This document shows, piece by piece, positions 18,482 through 29,174 of a stretch of DNA of 64,000 nt. The notes under the pieces are model-generated. The model was not told the origin of the DNA and searched no databases. It worked only from the letters and a program-made list of their open reading frames with translations. Every line of letters begins with the position of its first letter. The first letter of the stretch is position 1. The stretch lies in the NCBI GenBank assembly GCA_963728915.1, contig CAVSLV010000001.1, positions 352,001-416,000 on the forward strand, given 5' to 3'. The position numbers and the translations under genes are program-made. Source of the DNA: an uncultured Gemmatimonadales bacterium (lineage in GTDB: Bacteria > Gemmatimonadota > Gemmatimonadetes > Gemmatimonadales > GWC2-71-9).

Positions 18482-19602
18482 GAATCCTTCTGGTGAACTG
18501 GCAGGACCTGGAGAATCCCAACGCCGGCGGCGCCGAGCTGCACGTATTCGAACTGTTCTCCCGGCTGGTCCGGCGAGGCCACACGGTGCACCTGGTGTGC
18601 TCCGGCTGGAAGGGCGCCAGCACCCGGACCGTCATCCAGGGGATCACGATCGAGCGGCACGGACAGCGGTACAGCTTTGCCCGTTTCGCCCGCGCCGCGG
18701 TGCGGCACGTCCTCGCCAACCACCCGTGGGACATCGTCGTCGAGGACATCAACAAGCTGCCGCTCTTCCTGGCCGATATGACCCGGCTTCCCTTTTGCGT
18801 GATCGTGCCGCACCTGTTCGGGGAAACCGCGTTCCGGGAAGTCTCCTGGCCGATGGCGGTGCTGGTGAATCTCGCCGAGCGTCCCATTGCCCGGGTCTAC
18901 CGGCGGGCGGGGTTTCACGCCATCAGCGAAAGCACCCGGGACGACCTGGTGGCGCGCGGAGTACCGGCCCGGCAGATCCGGGTGATTCATCCGGGACTCG
19001 ATGCGAGCCATTATGCTCCTCGTCCCGGGGTTGACCGGACCCGGGAGCCGACCTTCTTATATGTCGGGCGGCTCCGTCGGTACAAGGGAATCGAGGTGGC
19101 GTTGCGGGCGCTGGCCATCGCGCGACGGGAACGAAACGACCTGACGCTGGACATCGCCGGCACCGGCGACGACGCCGAGCGGCTCCGGCGGCTGGCCGGA
19201 TCTCAGGGCATCGCGGGGGCGGTTCGCTTCCACGGCTTCGTCGACGAAGCGGCCAAGCTCGATCTGTTCCGAAGGAGCTGGGCCAACCTGTTCCCTTCGC
19301 CCAAGGAAGGATGGGGGCTCACCGTGATGGAAGCGGCGGGGTGTGGCACTCCGTCTCTCGCGTCCGACAGCCCGGGACTCCGCGATTCGGTGCAGCACGG
19401 ACGGACCGGCTTTCTGGTCCCGCACGGAGATCCCGAGGCGCTCGCCGCGAGGATGCTCGAGCTGGCCGGAACGCCGGGCCTGGTCGAGGAGCTCGGACGG
19501 AACGCCCGGCAATCGGCCCTGGCCTGGAGCTGGGAGGATGCCGCCCTGGCGACCGAAGATCACCTGACCGGCCTCGTGGCGGGCCGGCGTGAGGAGGGAT
19601 GA
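18478..19602 (+). CDS. Glycosyltransferase family 4
   Basis: GGAELHV, YVGRLRRYKG and EGWGLTVMEA motifs; GTG overlaps nusB stop. Confidence 0.92.
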   Translation: MRILLVNWQDLENPNAGGAELHVFELFSRLVRRGHTVHLVCSGWKGASTRTVIQGITIERHGQRYSFARFARAAVRHVLANHPWDIVVEDINKLPLFLADMTRLPFCVIVPHLFGETAFREVSWPMAVLVNLAERPIARVYRRAGFHAISESTRDDLVARGVPARQIRVIHPGLDASHYAPRPGVDRTREPTFLYVGRLRRYKGIEVALRALAIARRERNDLTLDIAGTGDDAERLRRLAGSQGIAGAVRFHGFVDEAAKLDLFRRSWANLFPSPKEGWGLTVMEAAGCGTPSLASDSPGLRDSVQHGRTGFLVPHGDPEALAARMLELAGTPGLVEELGRNARQSALAWSWEDAALATEDHLTGLVAGRREEG

Positions 19603-19928
19603 TGGAGACGACGATCACCGCACGACACTGCGAGGTGAGCGAGGCGTTGCGGAGCCGGGCCCGCGCGGTCGCGGCGCGGCTCGACAAGATGTCGCCCCAC
19701 ACGCTCGACGCGACCTTCATCTTCGACGTGAGTCCGACCTATCACACCGTGGAGCTCCGGCTCCACGCCCGGGGCCGCAAGATGCTCAAGGGCATCGCCC
19801 GGGGCCCCGATCATCGCACCGCCCTGGACCGGGTCGAGGACAAGCTGCGTCCCCAGCTCGAGAAGGCCTCGGCGCTCCTGGAGCGGCAGCGCCACAAGGC
19901 GACCCGCCCGGCCCGGCGCATGGTATGA
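19599..19928 (+). CDS. hpf: Ribosome hibernation factor HPF/RaiA (short form)
   Basis: TITARHCEVSEALR..ALDRVEDKL; directly upstream of hprK. Confidence 0.8.
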   Translation: MMETTITARHCEVSEALRSRARAVAARLDKMSPHTLDATFIFDVSPTYHTVELRLHARGRKMLKGIARGPDHRTALDRVEDKLRPQLEKASALLERQRHKATRPARRMV

Positions 19929-20890
19929 GTCTCCGTCCCCGCGACCTGCTCTCCCGCCGGGGCGACCCGCTCCAGCTCGAGTCCCTGAGCGGGGAGCAGG
20001 GCCTCGACCGGCCGCTGCCCCAGCAGGACGTGGGGAGCCCCGGGCTGGTCCTCGCGGGTTATGCCGACCGCTTCGTTCCCAAGCGGGTCCACGTGCTGGG
20101 CGAAACCGAGATCGGCTACCTGATGTCGCTCGGGGAAGAGCAGCTCAAGCGGTCGCTGGACCACTTCCTCTCCTTCGAGCCGCCCTGCCTGTTCGTCACC
20201 AAGGGACAGGAGGTTCCCCCGCTCCTGCTCAGCCTGGCCCGGGAAAAGGGGATTCCGATCCTGCGGAGCCAGCTCAAGACCGGCGAGTTCTACCGCCGCC
20301 TCAAGCCGATCCTGGAAGAATCGTTCGCTCCCCGGACCACCCTGCACGGCTCCCTGGCCGACGTGTACGGGGTCGGGCTTCTCTTCACCGGACGCTCCGG
20401 GATCGGCAAGAGCGAATGCGTGCTCGACCTGGTGGAACGAGGGCACCGCCTGGTCGCCGACGATATCGTCATGGTGACGAAGAAGGGGAACGATATCCTG
20501 ATCGGGCAGGGCCACGAGCTGGCCGCCCACCACATGGAGATCCGGGGCATCGGGCTGATCGACGTGAAGGCGCTGTTCGGGATTCGGGCGGTGCGGGCCC
20601 AGAAGCGGATCGAGGTGGTGGTGCAGCTGGAAGACTGGGAAAAAGCCCGTGACGCCGACCGGACCGGGCTGGCCCGCCAGGATGCCACCATCCTCGAGGT
20701 CAAGATTCCCAAGGTGGTGGTCGGGCTCAACCCCGGCAAGAACCTCACGGTGATCTCCGAAGTCGTGGCGATGGCGCATCTCCAGCGGATGACCGGCGTC
20801 GACGTCGCCACCGCGTTCAACGACCGGCTGATCAAGCGGATGATGGAGCAGCGCGGGCTGCGCGAATATCTCCAGGAAGACTACGAATGA
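19925..20890 (+). CDS. hprK: HPr kinase/phosphorylase
   Basis: GRSGIGKSE, LVERGHRLVADD and MEIRGIGLID motifs. Confidence 0.96.
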   Translation: MSLRPRDLLSRRGDPLQLESLSGEQGLDRPLPQQDVGSPGLVLAGYADRFVPKRVHVLGETEIGYLMSLGEEQLKRSLDHFLSFEPPCLFVTKGQEVPPLLLSLAREKGIPILRSQLKTGEFYRRLKPILEESFAPRTTLHGSLADVYGVGLLFTGRSGIGKSECVLDLVERGHRLVADDIVMVTKKGNDILIGQGHELAAHHMEIRGIGLIDVKALFGIRAVRAQKRIEVVVQLEDWEKARDADRTGLARQDATILEVKIPKVVVGLNPGKNLTVISEVVAMAHLQRMTGVDVATAFNDRLIKRMMEQRGLREYLQEDYE

Positions 20891-21258
20891 GCCCCCTGCA
20901 CGGCGTGGTGGTCGCGCACGGCGCGCTGGGGGGCGCCCTAGTATCCGCGGCCGAGGAGATCAGCGGGATCCAGGGCGCCCTGGTGGCGGTCTCCAATACC
21001 GGCTGCAATCGCGATCAGCTCGAACAGCGAGTCACCGAAGCCATCGGCCAGGGTCCCGCGATCGTGTTCGTGGATCTGCCGAGCGGGAGCTGCCTGTTCG
21101 CCGCGATGCGGCGGTTCGGCGAGCGCGCCGACGTCCGGGTGGTGACCGGGGTGAACCTCGGCATGCTGCTCGAGTTTCTCTTCCATCGGGACGAATCGCT
21201 CGACGCGGTCGCCCACCGGGCCGCGGAGACCGGCGCCAAGGGCATCGTCGAGCGCTGA
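20887..21258 (+). CDS. PTS mannose/fructose-family EIIA
   Basis: VVVAHG phospho-His, DLPSGS and TGVNLGML motifs. Confidence 0.9.
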   Translation: MSPLHGVVVAHGALGGALVSAAEEISGIQGALVAVSNTGCNRDQLEQRVTEAIGQGPAIVFVDLPSGSCLFAAMRRFGERADVRVVTGVNLGMLLEFLFHRDESLDAVAHRAAETGAKGIVER

Positions 21259-21734
21259 TGAGCATCCTGCTCGCCCGGGTGGATGACCGCCTGATTCACG
21301 GGCAGGTGGTGATCGGCTGGGGCCGCCCGCTCGCCCTCGACCGGATCGTGCTGGTGGATGAGATCGTGCGCGGCAGCCCCTGGGAACAGGAGCTCTACCG
21401 GATGGCGGCACCGGAAGAGATCGCCCTGGAGTTTCTTTCGCCCGCCGAGGCGGCGCCCCGGCTCGCGTCCTGGAGCGGCAACCGGGAGCGGGTGATGGTG
21501 CTGGTGGGCTCGATCGATACCGCGGCGGATCTGCTGCGGCTTGCCCCGGGCGGAATCCGGAAGCTCAATCTGGGCGGGATCCATGCCGGCGCGGGCCGGC
21601 GGGAGCGACTCAGCTATCTCCACCTTTCCCCCTCGGAAGTCGAGACCCTGGTCAACCTGGAACGCGGCGGCCTCGAGGTGAGCGCCCAGGACGTGCCGGG
21701 GTCCCGTCCCATTCCGTTGCGAGACCTGGTGTGA
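21258..21734 (+). CDS. PTS mannose/sorbose-family EIIB
   Basis: RVDDRLIHGQV motif. Confidence 0.95.
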   Translation: MSILLARVDDRLIHGQVVIGWGRPLALDRIVLVDEIVRGSPWEQELYRMAAPEEIALEFLSPAEAAPRLASWSGNRERVMVLVGSIDTAADLLRLAPGGIRKLNLGGIHAGAGRRERLSYLHLSPSEVETLVNLERGGLEVSAQDVPGSRPIPLRDLV

Positions 21735-22402
21735 TCGAGCTTCCCCTCCTGGCCCTCCTCGTCTGGGGCACCGTCGCGGGGCTCGACCTCGCGAGCGTGC
21801 TCCAGGGTCTGCTCAACCGACCCCTGGTGGCGGGCGGGGTGGCCGGCGCCATCCTGGGTGATCCCATTTCGGGACTGGGCATCGGCGGGTGCCTCGAGCT
21901 GTTCGCGCTCGACGTGCTGCCGGTCGGCTCATCGCGCTATCCGGATTACGGGGCCGCCGCGGTGGCCGGCGTCGCGTTCGGAGCGTACCAGCCCCTGGCG
22001 CAGTCGCTCGGGATCGCGGTGCTGCTCGGTCTGCTGCTGGGCCAGCTCGGCGGGGTCGCCGTCGTCCTGCACCGGCGGGTCAACGCCCGGGCGCTCCGCC
22101 GGTTCGCCGAGCGACTCGACCGGGGTGATCCGGGAATCGCGACCCGGCTGCACCTGATCGGAATCGGCAGCGACCTGGTACGAAGCGGGTTTCTGGCCGC
22201 GGTCGGTCTCCTCGCCGCGCGCGCGCTGCTCCGGCTGCCGCACCTGGATCTGGAAACCAGCCAGGCGCTCAGCACGGTGGTCGTGGCCGGCGGCGTGCTG
22301 GCCATCGTGGGGGGCGCGCTTCGGAGGGCGGGAACCCCCCGGCGCATGCTGTGGTTCGGGGGCGGTCTCGCGGCCGGCCTCCTGAGTCTGGTGCTGCGAT
22401 GA
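21731..22402 (+). CDS. PTS mannose-family EIIC
   Basis: Hydrophobic; RPLVAG..G..LGD..GG.LEL pattern. Confidence 0.88.
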   Translation: MIELPLLALLVWGTVAGLDLASVLQGLLNRPLVAGGVAGAILGDPISGLGIGGCLELFALDVLPVGSSRYPDYGAAAVAGVAFGAYQPLAQSLGIAVLLGLLLGQLGGVAVVLHRRVNARALRRFAERLDRGDPGIATRLHLIGIGSDLVRSGFLAAVGLLAARALLRLPHLDLETSQALSTVVVAGGVLAIVGGALRRAGTPRRMLWFGGGLAAGLLSLVLR

Positions 22403-23133
22403 CCGGGCGCTGGCTGCGATCGCTCCTCCGCCTGCTGTCGCTGCAGGCTTCGTTCACCTTCGAGCGGCTTCAGGGGGTCGGGGTGGCGGTGGCGGAGGAG
22501 CCGCTGCTCGAGCCGCTGCGCGACGATGACGCGCGGGCCCGCGCCGCCCGGGGCCGGTCGGCCCAGTACTTCAACGCCCACCCCTTCATGGCCGGCATCG
22601 CGGTCGGCGCGCTGGCCAGAGCCGAGCTCGACGGCGAGCCGGGCGAGCGGATCCTGCGGCTCCGCACCGCGCTGTCGGGGCCGCTGGGCGCGCTGGGCGA
22701 TCAGCTGTTCTGGGCCGGGATCGTGCCGTCCATCATGGGGGTCATGCTGATCGCCAGCGGGTTAGGCCACGGACTCCAGGCCCTGCTCGGCATGGTGGTC
22801 GGCTACAACGTGTGCCGGCTGCTGGTCACCGGCTGGGGACTCCGGCTCGGCCTGGCCCACGGGACCGGGGTGGCGGGAGAAATCAGCCACTCCCGCCTCC
22901 GCGAGATGGCGACCGTCGCCGGCACCCTCGCGGCGGTGATCATCGGCGCGGCGATTCCCTGGGTGGCGCAGTGGCTGCTCGCGGGAGCGGCCCGGGCCCG
23001 CCTGCTGGGGTTCTTCCTGGTGGGCCTCGCCATCGCGGTGGGCGTGGCGACCCGGAGCCGGCCGGTGCCCGCCCCCCTCGTCACGGTGGCCGCGGCGGCG
23101 GTCGTGCTTCTCTGGCGGTGGAGCTTCGGATGA
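22399..23133 (+). CDS. PTS mannose-family EIID
   Basis: QASFTFERLQG, FNAHP and GPLGALGDQLFW motifs. Confidence 0.92.
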   Translation: MTGRWLRSLLRLLSLQASFTFERLQGVGVAVAEEPLLEPLRDDDARARAARGRSAQYFNAHPFMAGIAVGALARAELDGEPGERILRLRTALSGPLGALGDQLFWAGIVPSIMGVMLIASGLGHGLQALLGMVVGYNVCRLLVTGWGLRLGLAHGTGVAGEISHSRLREMATVAGTLAAVIIGAAIPWVAQWLLAGAARARLLGFFLVGLAIAVGVATRSRPVPAPLVTVAAAAVVLLWRWSFG

Positions 23134-23396
23134 TCGAACAGAACTCGACGATCGTGAATCCGCTGGGGCTGCACGCCCGGCCGGCCGCCCAGTTCGTGAA
23201 GCTCGCCAACACCTTCCAGAGCGAGGTCGAGGTGGTGAAGGACGGCGTGCCGGTCAACGGGAAGAGCATCATGGGCGTCATGATCCTGGCGGCGGAATGC
23301 GGCGCCACCATCGTGATCCGGGCGAACGGGGCCGACGAAGCCGCCGCGGTCGCGGCCCTGGCCGCGCTGGTCGCCTCGGGGTTCGGCGAGTCGTGA
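23130..23396 (+). CDS. ptsH: Phosphocarrier HPr
   Basis: GLHARPAA (His15) and GKSIMG (Ser46) motifs. Confidence 0.96.
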   Translation: MIEQNSTIVNPLGLHARPAAQFVKLANTFQSEVEVVKDGVPVNGKSIMGVMILAAECGATIVIRANGADEAAAVAALAALVASGFGES

Positions 23397-25207
23397 CCGA
23401 CGATCGGGTGCTGCGAGGCATCGGGGTCTCCCCCGGGATCGCCTACGCGCCGGCGGTGGTGCTGCGCTGGAAGTTTCCCGACGTGCCCGACCGGACCGTC
23501 GCCGACACCGAGGTGGAGGCCGAGGTGGAGCGGCTCCGGGAGGCGGTGGCCGCGGTGGTCCAGAGCCTCAACCGGCTGCGGGAGCGGGTGCTCGAGCGGG
23601 CGGGTTATGAAGAGAGCCAGATCTTCGAGGCCCAGATCCTCATGGTGCAGGACCCCGACTTCCTCGGCGGGGTCGAGCACCTGATCCGGAACAACAGCCT
23701 GAGCGCCGAGACCGCCTACGAGTTCAAGGCCCTGGAGATGCGGGCCGCGTTCGGCAGCGCGGGGCCACGGATGCGGGAGCGGCTCGCCGATCTGCTCGCC
23801 ATCCAGATCCGGCTGCTCCGCTATCTCCTGGGCGAGCCCGACGAGGAGATCTTCGGGCTCAAGGACCACCGCCACGTGATCGTGGTGGCCCACGAGCTGT
23901 ACCCCGGCCTCACGGTGCAGCTCGACCGCGACCAGCTCCTGGGCCTCCTCTCCGAAGAGGGAACCCGGACGTCCCACGCCGCCATCCTGGCCCATTCGCT
24001 CGGCATCCCCTGCGTCATGGGGGCCACCGGAGCGATCGAGCGGATCGAGTCCGGCACGATGGTGCTGCTCGATGGCACCAGCGGCCGGGTCCTGATCGAA
24101 CCGACCGTCGCCGAGCTGGAGAGCGCCCAGATCACGGCGGCCCGGCGCCACAAGCTCGAGATGGAGCTCGAAGCCAAGACCCTCGAGCCCGCCACCACGC
24201 CGGATGGGACCACCCTGACTCTGATGGGCAACGTCGATCTGCCCGATGAGATCGACATGGCGGTGCGCCATGGCGCGCTCGGCGTCGGGCTCCTGCGCAC
24301 CGAGTTCCTGATCGCGGGCCGGGCCCACCTTCCCACCGAGGAAGAGCAATACCAGTATTTCCGCCGGGTCGGCGCGGCATTCGGGAATCATCCGGTCATC
24401 GTGCGGACCTACGACCTCGGGGGAGACAAGTTCCCCGCCGCGTTCGCCGCGCCGGCCGAGGCGAATCCCTTCCTGGGCTGGCGCTCCATCCGGGTCTGCC
24501 TCGATCAGCCCGAGATCTTCCGCCCCCAGCTTCGCGCCCTGTTGCGGGTCGCGGCCGACTACCCGGTGCAGATCATGCTGCCCCTGATCACCCGGGTGGG
24601 CGAAGTGGTTCGGGCCCGCGAGATGCTGGCGGAGGAGGCCGATGATCTGACCCGGGCCGGCATTCGAGCCGCGTCGACGGTGCCGGTCGGGGTGATGATC
24701 GAGACCCCCGCCGCGGTGGTCATGGCCGACCGGCTGGCCATGGTGAGCGCGTTCTTCAGCATCGGAACCAACGACCTCACCCAGTACGCCCTGGCGGTCG
24801 ACCGGGGCAACGCCCATCTGGCTTCCCGCTTCACGCCGCACGATCCCTCGGTCATCCGGATGCTGCGCGATGTGCTCGCGGCCGGCATGAGCCACGGCAT
24901 CCCGGTCAGCGTATGCGGCGAGATGGCCTCCGAGCCCCAGTTCGCGATGCTGCTGCTCGGTCTCGGATTCAAGGTGCTCTCGGTGGCGCCACCCGCGCTT
25001 CCCCTCATCAAGTGGCTGGTGCGCTCGGTGCCGGCCAAGGTGGCCCGGGAAGCCGCCGAAGCGACGCTGCACGCCGACACTCCGGAGGAAGTGAGCGAAA
25101 TCCTCCGCTCCACCCTGGGCCGCTTCATCGACCTTCGCCTCATCGATCCCGACAGCGCGCTGCCCGGAAGAAGCAGCGGGAGCTTCGGTCGGTCAGGGGG
25201 TCGGTGA
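23393..25207 (+). CDS. ptsI: PTS enzyme I
   Basis: [27 protein letters not shown] and VCGEMA motifs. Confidence 0.96.
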   Translation: MTDDRVLRGIGVSPGIAYAPAVVLRWKFPDVPDRTVADTEVEAEVERLREAVAAVVQSLNRLRERVLERAGYEESQIFEAQILMVQDPDFLGGVEHLIRNNSLSAETAYEFKALEMRAAFGSAGPRMRERLADLLAIQIRLLRYLLGEPDEEIFGLKDHRHVIVVAHELYPGLTVQLDRDQLLGLLSEEGTRTSHAAILAHSLGIPCVMGATGAIERIESGTMVLLDGTSGRVLIEPTVAELESAQITAARRHKLEMELEAKTLEPATTPDGTTLTLMGNVDLPDEIDMAVRHGALGVGLLRTEFLIAGRAHLPTEEEQYQYFRRVGAAFGNHPVIVRTYDLGGDKFPAAFAAPAEANPFLGWRSIRVCLDQPEIFRPQLRALLRVAADYPVQIMLPLITRVGEVVRAREMLAEEADDLTRAGIRAASTVPVGVMIETPAAVVMADRLAMVSAFFSIGTNDLTQYALAVDRGNAHLASRFTPHDPSVIRMLRDVLAAGMSHGIPVSVCGEMASEPQFAMLLLGLGFKVLSVAPPALPLIKWLVRSVPAKVAREAAEATLHADTPEEVSEILRSTLGRFIDLRLIDPDSALPGRSSGSFGRSGGR

Positions 25208-25278
25208 GGTCGAAGGGTTACCTTACTCCTCACTGTCCTCACTGTCTTCACTGTCCTCTCTGACCCCACTGACCCCAC
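25191..25278. repeat. 9-bp short tandem repeats, G-rich arm plus C-rich arm
   Basis: ggtcagggg/gtcggtgag/gtcgaaggg followed by cactgtcct/cactgtctt/cactgtcct/ctctgaccc/cactgaccc just before the metK ATG. Confidence 0.75.
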
Positions 25279-25280
25279 CT

Positions 25281-26516
25281 ATGAGCCGTCGTCACGTCTT
25301 CACCTCCGAATCGGTCACCGAGGGCCATCCCGACAAGGTGGCCGATCAGATCTCCGACGCGGTTCTCGACGCCATTCTCTCCCGGGACCCCGGAGCGCGG
25401 GTCGCCTGCGAGACGATGGTGACCACCGGCATGGCGGTCGTCGCGGGGGAGATCACCACCTCGACCTACGTCCACATTCCCGACATCGTGCGGGAGACCG
25501 TCGAGGCGATCGGCTACACCGATGCGTCCTACGGCTTCGATGGGCGGACCTGCGCGGTCCTGACCTCGATCGATCGCCAGTCACCCGACATTGCCATGGG
25601 AGTGGACGGCAAGCGAGACGCCCAGGGGGCCGGAGACCAGGGGATGATGTTCGGATACGCCACCCGGGAGAGTCGGGAGCGGATGCCGCTGCCCATCATC
25701 CTGGCCCACCGCCTCGCCGAGCGGCTCGCCGCGGTCCGCAAGGGGACCGCCGAGGTCGGGCCGATCGAATGGCTCCGTCCCGACGGCAAGACCCAGGTCT
25801 CGGTCGAATACGAGGGGGATCGCCCGGTGGCGGTGCGGACCGTGGTGGTCTCGACCCAGCACGCCGAACGCTGGGCCCGCCGGGTCCTGAGTCAGAACAC
25901 CATCCGGCAGACCATGATCGAGACCGTGATCCGCCCGGTGCTCGAGGATCACGGGTTCGGATCCCGCCGGGTCAAGGTGCTGGTCAATCCCACCGGCCGC
26001 TTCGTGATCGGGGGACCCCACGGGGACGCGGGGCTCACCGGCCGCAAGATCATCGTCGACACCTACGGCGGGATGGCGCGGCACGGCGGCGGCGCCTTCA
26101 GCGGCAAGGACCCGTCCAAAGTGGATCGCTCGGCGGCCTACGCGCTGCGTTGGGTCGCCAAGAACATCGTCGAAGCCAGACTGGCCCGGCGGTGCGAGGT
26201 CCAGGCCGCCTATGCGATCGGCGTCGCGGAGCCCGTCTCCATCATGGTGGACACCTTTGGAACCGGGGCCCTCCCGGATCGAGCGTTGGAGGAGATCGTC
26301 CGGGAGGTGTTCGATCTCACCCCGGGAGGGATCATCCGGAGCCTGCACCTCAAGCGGCCCCTCTACAAGGCGACCGCGGCCTACGGACACTTCGGCCGGC
26401 GTCCCAAGCGCACCACTCTGCTGGGCCGCAAGGTGACCTTGTTCCCCTGGGAGGAGACTTCGCGGGTTCGGGATCTCGAGAGCGCGGCGCGGGCCCGCCA
26501 GCGAGCCAGGCGATGA
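25281..26516 (+). CDS. metK: S-adenosylmethionine synthetase
   Basis: [17 protein letters not shown] and GGGAFSGKD motifs. Confidence 0.97.
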   Translation: MSRRHVFTSESVTEGHPDKVADQISDAVLDAILSRDPGARVACETMVTTGMAVVAGEITTSTYVHIPDIVRETVEAIGYTDASYGFDGRTCAVLTSIDRQSPDIAMGVDGKRDAQGAGDQGMMFGYATRESRERMPLPIILAHRLAERLAAVRKGTAEVGPIEWLRPDGKTQVSVEYEGDRPVAVRTVVVSTQHAERWARRVLSQNTIRQTMIETVIRPVLEDHGFGSRRVKVLVNPTGRFVIGGPHGDAGLTGRKIIVDTYGGMARHGGGAFSGKDPSKVDRSAAYALRWVAKNIVEARLARRCEVQAAYAIGVAEPVSIMVDTFGTGALPDRALEEIVREVFDLTPGGIIRSLHLKRPLYKATAAYGHFGRRPKRTTLLGRKVTLFPWEETSRVRDLESAARARQRARR

Positions 26517-27004
26517 TTCGGATGCGGGTCGCTCAGCTCGGGCTCGACCGGGCCACCAACACACCGGTCGTGATCCTGCGCGAAGAAGAAGGTGAGCGGA
26601 CCCTCCATATATGGATCGGGGCGGCGGAAGCCAACGCCATTGCGCTGGAGCTCCAGGGCGTGAAGCCCGAGCGTCCCCTGACCCACGACCTCATGAAGCA
26701 CCTGCTGTCCGGGCTCGGAGCCGAGCTGCGGCGAGTCCTGATCGCGGGGCTCAAGGAAAACACCTATCTCGCCCAGCTGCTGATCTTCCGGGGCGGGGAA
26801 GTCCTCGAAGTGGATGCCCGCCCTTCCGACAGTATCGCGCTGGCGCTGCGAATGAACGCGCCGATCTATTCCGAAGAGGATCTGCTCGACCGCAACGGAG
26901 GCTCCGGCCCGCCCGCGCCCCCGGAGCCGGGCAATGATCCGGACGCGCTGAAGCGGTTTCTGGAAAACCTCGATCCGCAGGACCTCGGCAGATTCAATCC
27001 CTGA
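26513..27004 (+). CDS. Bifunctional nuclease family protein (DUF151)
   Basis: LHIWIG..EA, RPLTHDL and [12 protein letters not shown] motifs. Confidence 0.92.
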   Translation: MIRMRVAQLGLDRATNTPVVILREEEGERTLHIWIGAAEANAIALELQGVKPERPLTHDLMKHLLSGLGAELRRVLIAGLKENTYLAQLLIFRGGEVLEVDARPSDSIALALRMNAPIYSEEDLLDRNGGSGPPAPPEPGNDPDALKRFLENLDPQDLGRFNP

Positions 27005-28119
27005 GGGCGATCGCGGCGCTGACCGCGGTGGCACTCCTCTGCGCCCCGCCGGCCTGGACCCAGGAGGCGCGCGCGTCGGGCCGCATCGTGCGGGTCGTGA
27101 CCGGCGACACCATGCCGGTCGGATCGGTGTCCGTGGTCCTCCACCGGGTCAGCCAGACCGCCCAGGGCCCGATCGATACCGTGCCGACCGGGATCTCGGG
27201 GCGATTCGACATCCGGTTCCGGGCCGATACCAGCGCTCTCTTCCTCTTTTCGGTGCGGTACGAGGGCATCGAATACTTCTCGGCCCCGATTCGCGGTTAC
27301 GCTGGAAGACCGGACACCGGTCTGGTGATCATCGTCGCCGATACCTCGAGCACGATCCCGGTGACCGTGGCGGAACGCACCCTGCTGATCGGGCGTCCCG
27401 ACCAGAGCAACAGCCGGATGGTGATCGACTGGCTGGTCCTGTTCAATCCTGGCGATCGGACCCGGGTGGTCTCCGATACCCGGCCTGCCTGGGCAGTCCC
27501 GCTTCCCGAGGAGGCGCAACAGGTCGCCCTCGCGGACATCCATCTGAGCCAGTTCTCTCCCGATGCGGTCAGCTTCCGGGGCGACAGCATCCAGGTCTTC
27601 GCGCCGATTTCGCCGGGGCGGAAGGAGCTGGTGCTCCAGTACCGGATCCCCGGCACCGCGAAGCGGATGGTGGTCCCCGCGCCGGGCACCGATTCGGTCT
27701 TCGTGCTGATCGAGGAGCCCGACGCGCGGGTGGAACGCCCGGCCCTGACCCGATCCGCCGGCCAGCAGGTCGAAGGGCGGGGGTTCCAGCGCTGGGTGGG
27801 CGTGTTAGGCAGCGCCTCCGAGATCGCCATCGCGCTCCCCGGTCCCGGCCTCTCCGCGAAGTCTCTGCTCCCGGCGCTCCTGGCGATCACCATCCTGGGG
27901 TTCGTCGGGCTGGCCCTGGTGCGGGCCCGCCGCCGCACGGTCCAGCCCGAGGGCGCCGACCCGATCGCGCTGGCGGACGCCATCGCGCGGCTCGACCAGC
28001 AGAAGACCGACGCGGGGGTTGGATGGAGCGCCGACCGAGAAACGACCTACCGCGCCGAGCGGGCTCGGCTCAAGGTGCTGCTCGAACGCGCTCTTGCGAG
28101 CCCGCGGCGGCACTCCTAA
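27001..28119 (+). CDS. Hypothetical exported membrane-anchored protein
   Basis: Signal peptide, beta-rich body, one TM near the C-terminus and a helical tail; start is CTG 27001 (CTGA overlap) or GTG 27028. Confidence 0.75.
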   Translation: MRAIAALTAVALLCAPPAWTQEARASGRIVRVVTGDTMPVGSVSVVLHRVSQTAQGPIDTVPTGISGRFDIRFRADTSALFLFSVRYEGIEYFSAPIRGYAGRPDTGLVIIVADTSSTIPVTVAERTLLIGRPDQSNSRMVIDWLVLFNPGDRTRVVSDTRPAWAVPLPEEAQQVALADIHLSQFSPDAVSFRGDSIQVFAPISPGRKELVLQYRIPGTAKRMVVPAPGTDSVFVLIEEPDARVERPALTRSAGQQVEGRGFQRWVGVLGSASEIAIALPGPGLSAKSLLPALLAITILGFVGLALVRARRRTVQPEGADPIALADAIARLDQQKTDAGVGWSADRETTYRAERARLKVLLERALASPRRHS

Positions 28120-28122
28120 CTT
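28094..28122 (+). promoter_or_regulatory. Putative promoter of the btu operon
   Basis: TTGCGA-17 bp-TAACTT just upstream of the riboswitch. Confidence 0.55.
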
Positions 28123-28135
28123 CGCTCGTTCCACC

Positions 28136-28300
28136 GCGACGCGGATGCTCGGAAGCCGGTGCACAATCCGGCGCGGCCCCGCCACTGTGAAGGGCGCAGT
28201 ATCCCCCGCTCACCAGCCACTGGGAAACCGGGAAGGCGAGCGGGAGCCCTGAGCCAGGAGACCTCCCGTCGCTTCACCCGCACATCCCTCGGGGGAGGGT
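28136..28300 (+). ncRNA. Cobalamin riboswitch with RBS-sequestering hairpin
   Basis: GGAAgCCGGTG..AATCCGG..CCCGCCACTGT..GCCACTGG..GGGAAG..GAGCCAGGAGACC B12-box; P1 gcgacg/cgtcgc; ccctc-gggg-gaggg hairpin over the SD of btuF. Confidence 0.93.
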
Positions 28301-28304
28301 CAGG

Positions 28305-29174
28305 GTGCTTCGCGCTCGCTGCATTCTCACGCTGGTTCTCGTCGCCTGTGGGCGGCCGCCATCCCATGCCGGTCCGATCGTGGACGACGGCGGCACTCCG
28401 GTGTTTTTGCCGGCGCCGCCCCGGCGCATCGTCTCCCTCATTCCGGCCACCACCGAGCTGGTCTTCGCCCTCGGGGCGGGGGATCGTCTGGTCGGTCGGA
28501 CCACCTGGTGCGATTATCCCCCCGCAGCCGCCCAGGTTCCCGACCTGGGGAATGGCATGGGCCCGAACCTCGAAGCGGTGGCCGGGGCGCGCCCCGACCT
28601 GGTGCTCCTCTATCGGTCGCCGGACAACGCCGGGACCGCGGAGCGGCTCCGGGCCCTCGGCATCCCGGTGCTGGAGCTCCGCACCGACCGGATCGCCGAC
28701 TTCGACCGGATCACCCGGCTGCTCGGAGGCGAGTTAGGAGATCCCCTCACGGCGGATACCCTGCTCGAACGGGTGCACCGGGACATCGCCGTCGCCTCGG
28801 CGCCCGCGGTCCGCCCGTCCGCCCGTCCGACGGTCCTGCTGCTCTCCTGGGACCGTCCTCCCATCGCCCTGGGGAGGGGCAGCTTCCTCTCGGAAATCGT
28901 CGAGCACGCCGGCGCCCGCAACGTCTTCGACGACCTGCCGGCGCCCTCGGCGCCGGTCTCGATCGAGGCGGTGGCGAGCCGGAACCCCGACCTGATTCTC
29001 ACTTCCTCGGCCGACCTGCCCGCGATCGCGACCCGCCCGGAATGGCGCGTGGTTCCGGCGGTCCGGGCCCGCCGGTTCCTGCGGATCACCGGGAGCGAAT
29101 TCAACCGGCCCTCGCCCCGGATCGGCGCCGCGATCGCCGCGCTTCGAGCGGCGCTCGACTCGCTGCGACGATGA
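28305..29174 (+). CDS. btuF: Cobalamin ABC transporter substrate-binding lipoprotein
   Basis: LVAC lipobox, [22 protein letters not shown] helical-backbone receptor motifs, downstream of the B12 riboswitch. Confidence 0.88.
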   Translation: MLRARCILTLVLVACGRPPSHAGPIVDDGGTPVFLPAPPRRIVSLIPATTELVFALGAGDRLVGRTTWCDYPPAAAQVPDLGNGMGPNLEAVAGARPDLVLLYRSPDNAGTAERLRALGIPVLELRTDRIADFDRITRLLGGELGDPLTADTLLERVHRDIAVASAPAVRPSARPTVLLLSWDRPPIALGRGSFLSEIVEHAGARNVFDDLPAPSAPVSIEAVASRNPDLILTSSADLPAIATRPEWRVVPAVRARRFLRITGSEFNRPSPRIGAAIAALRAALDSLRR

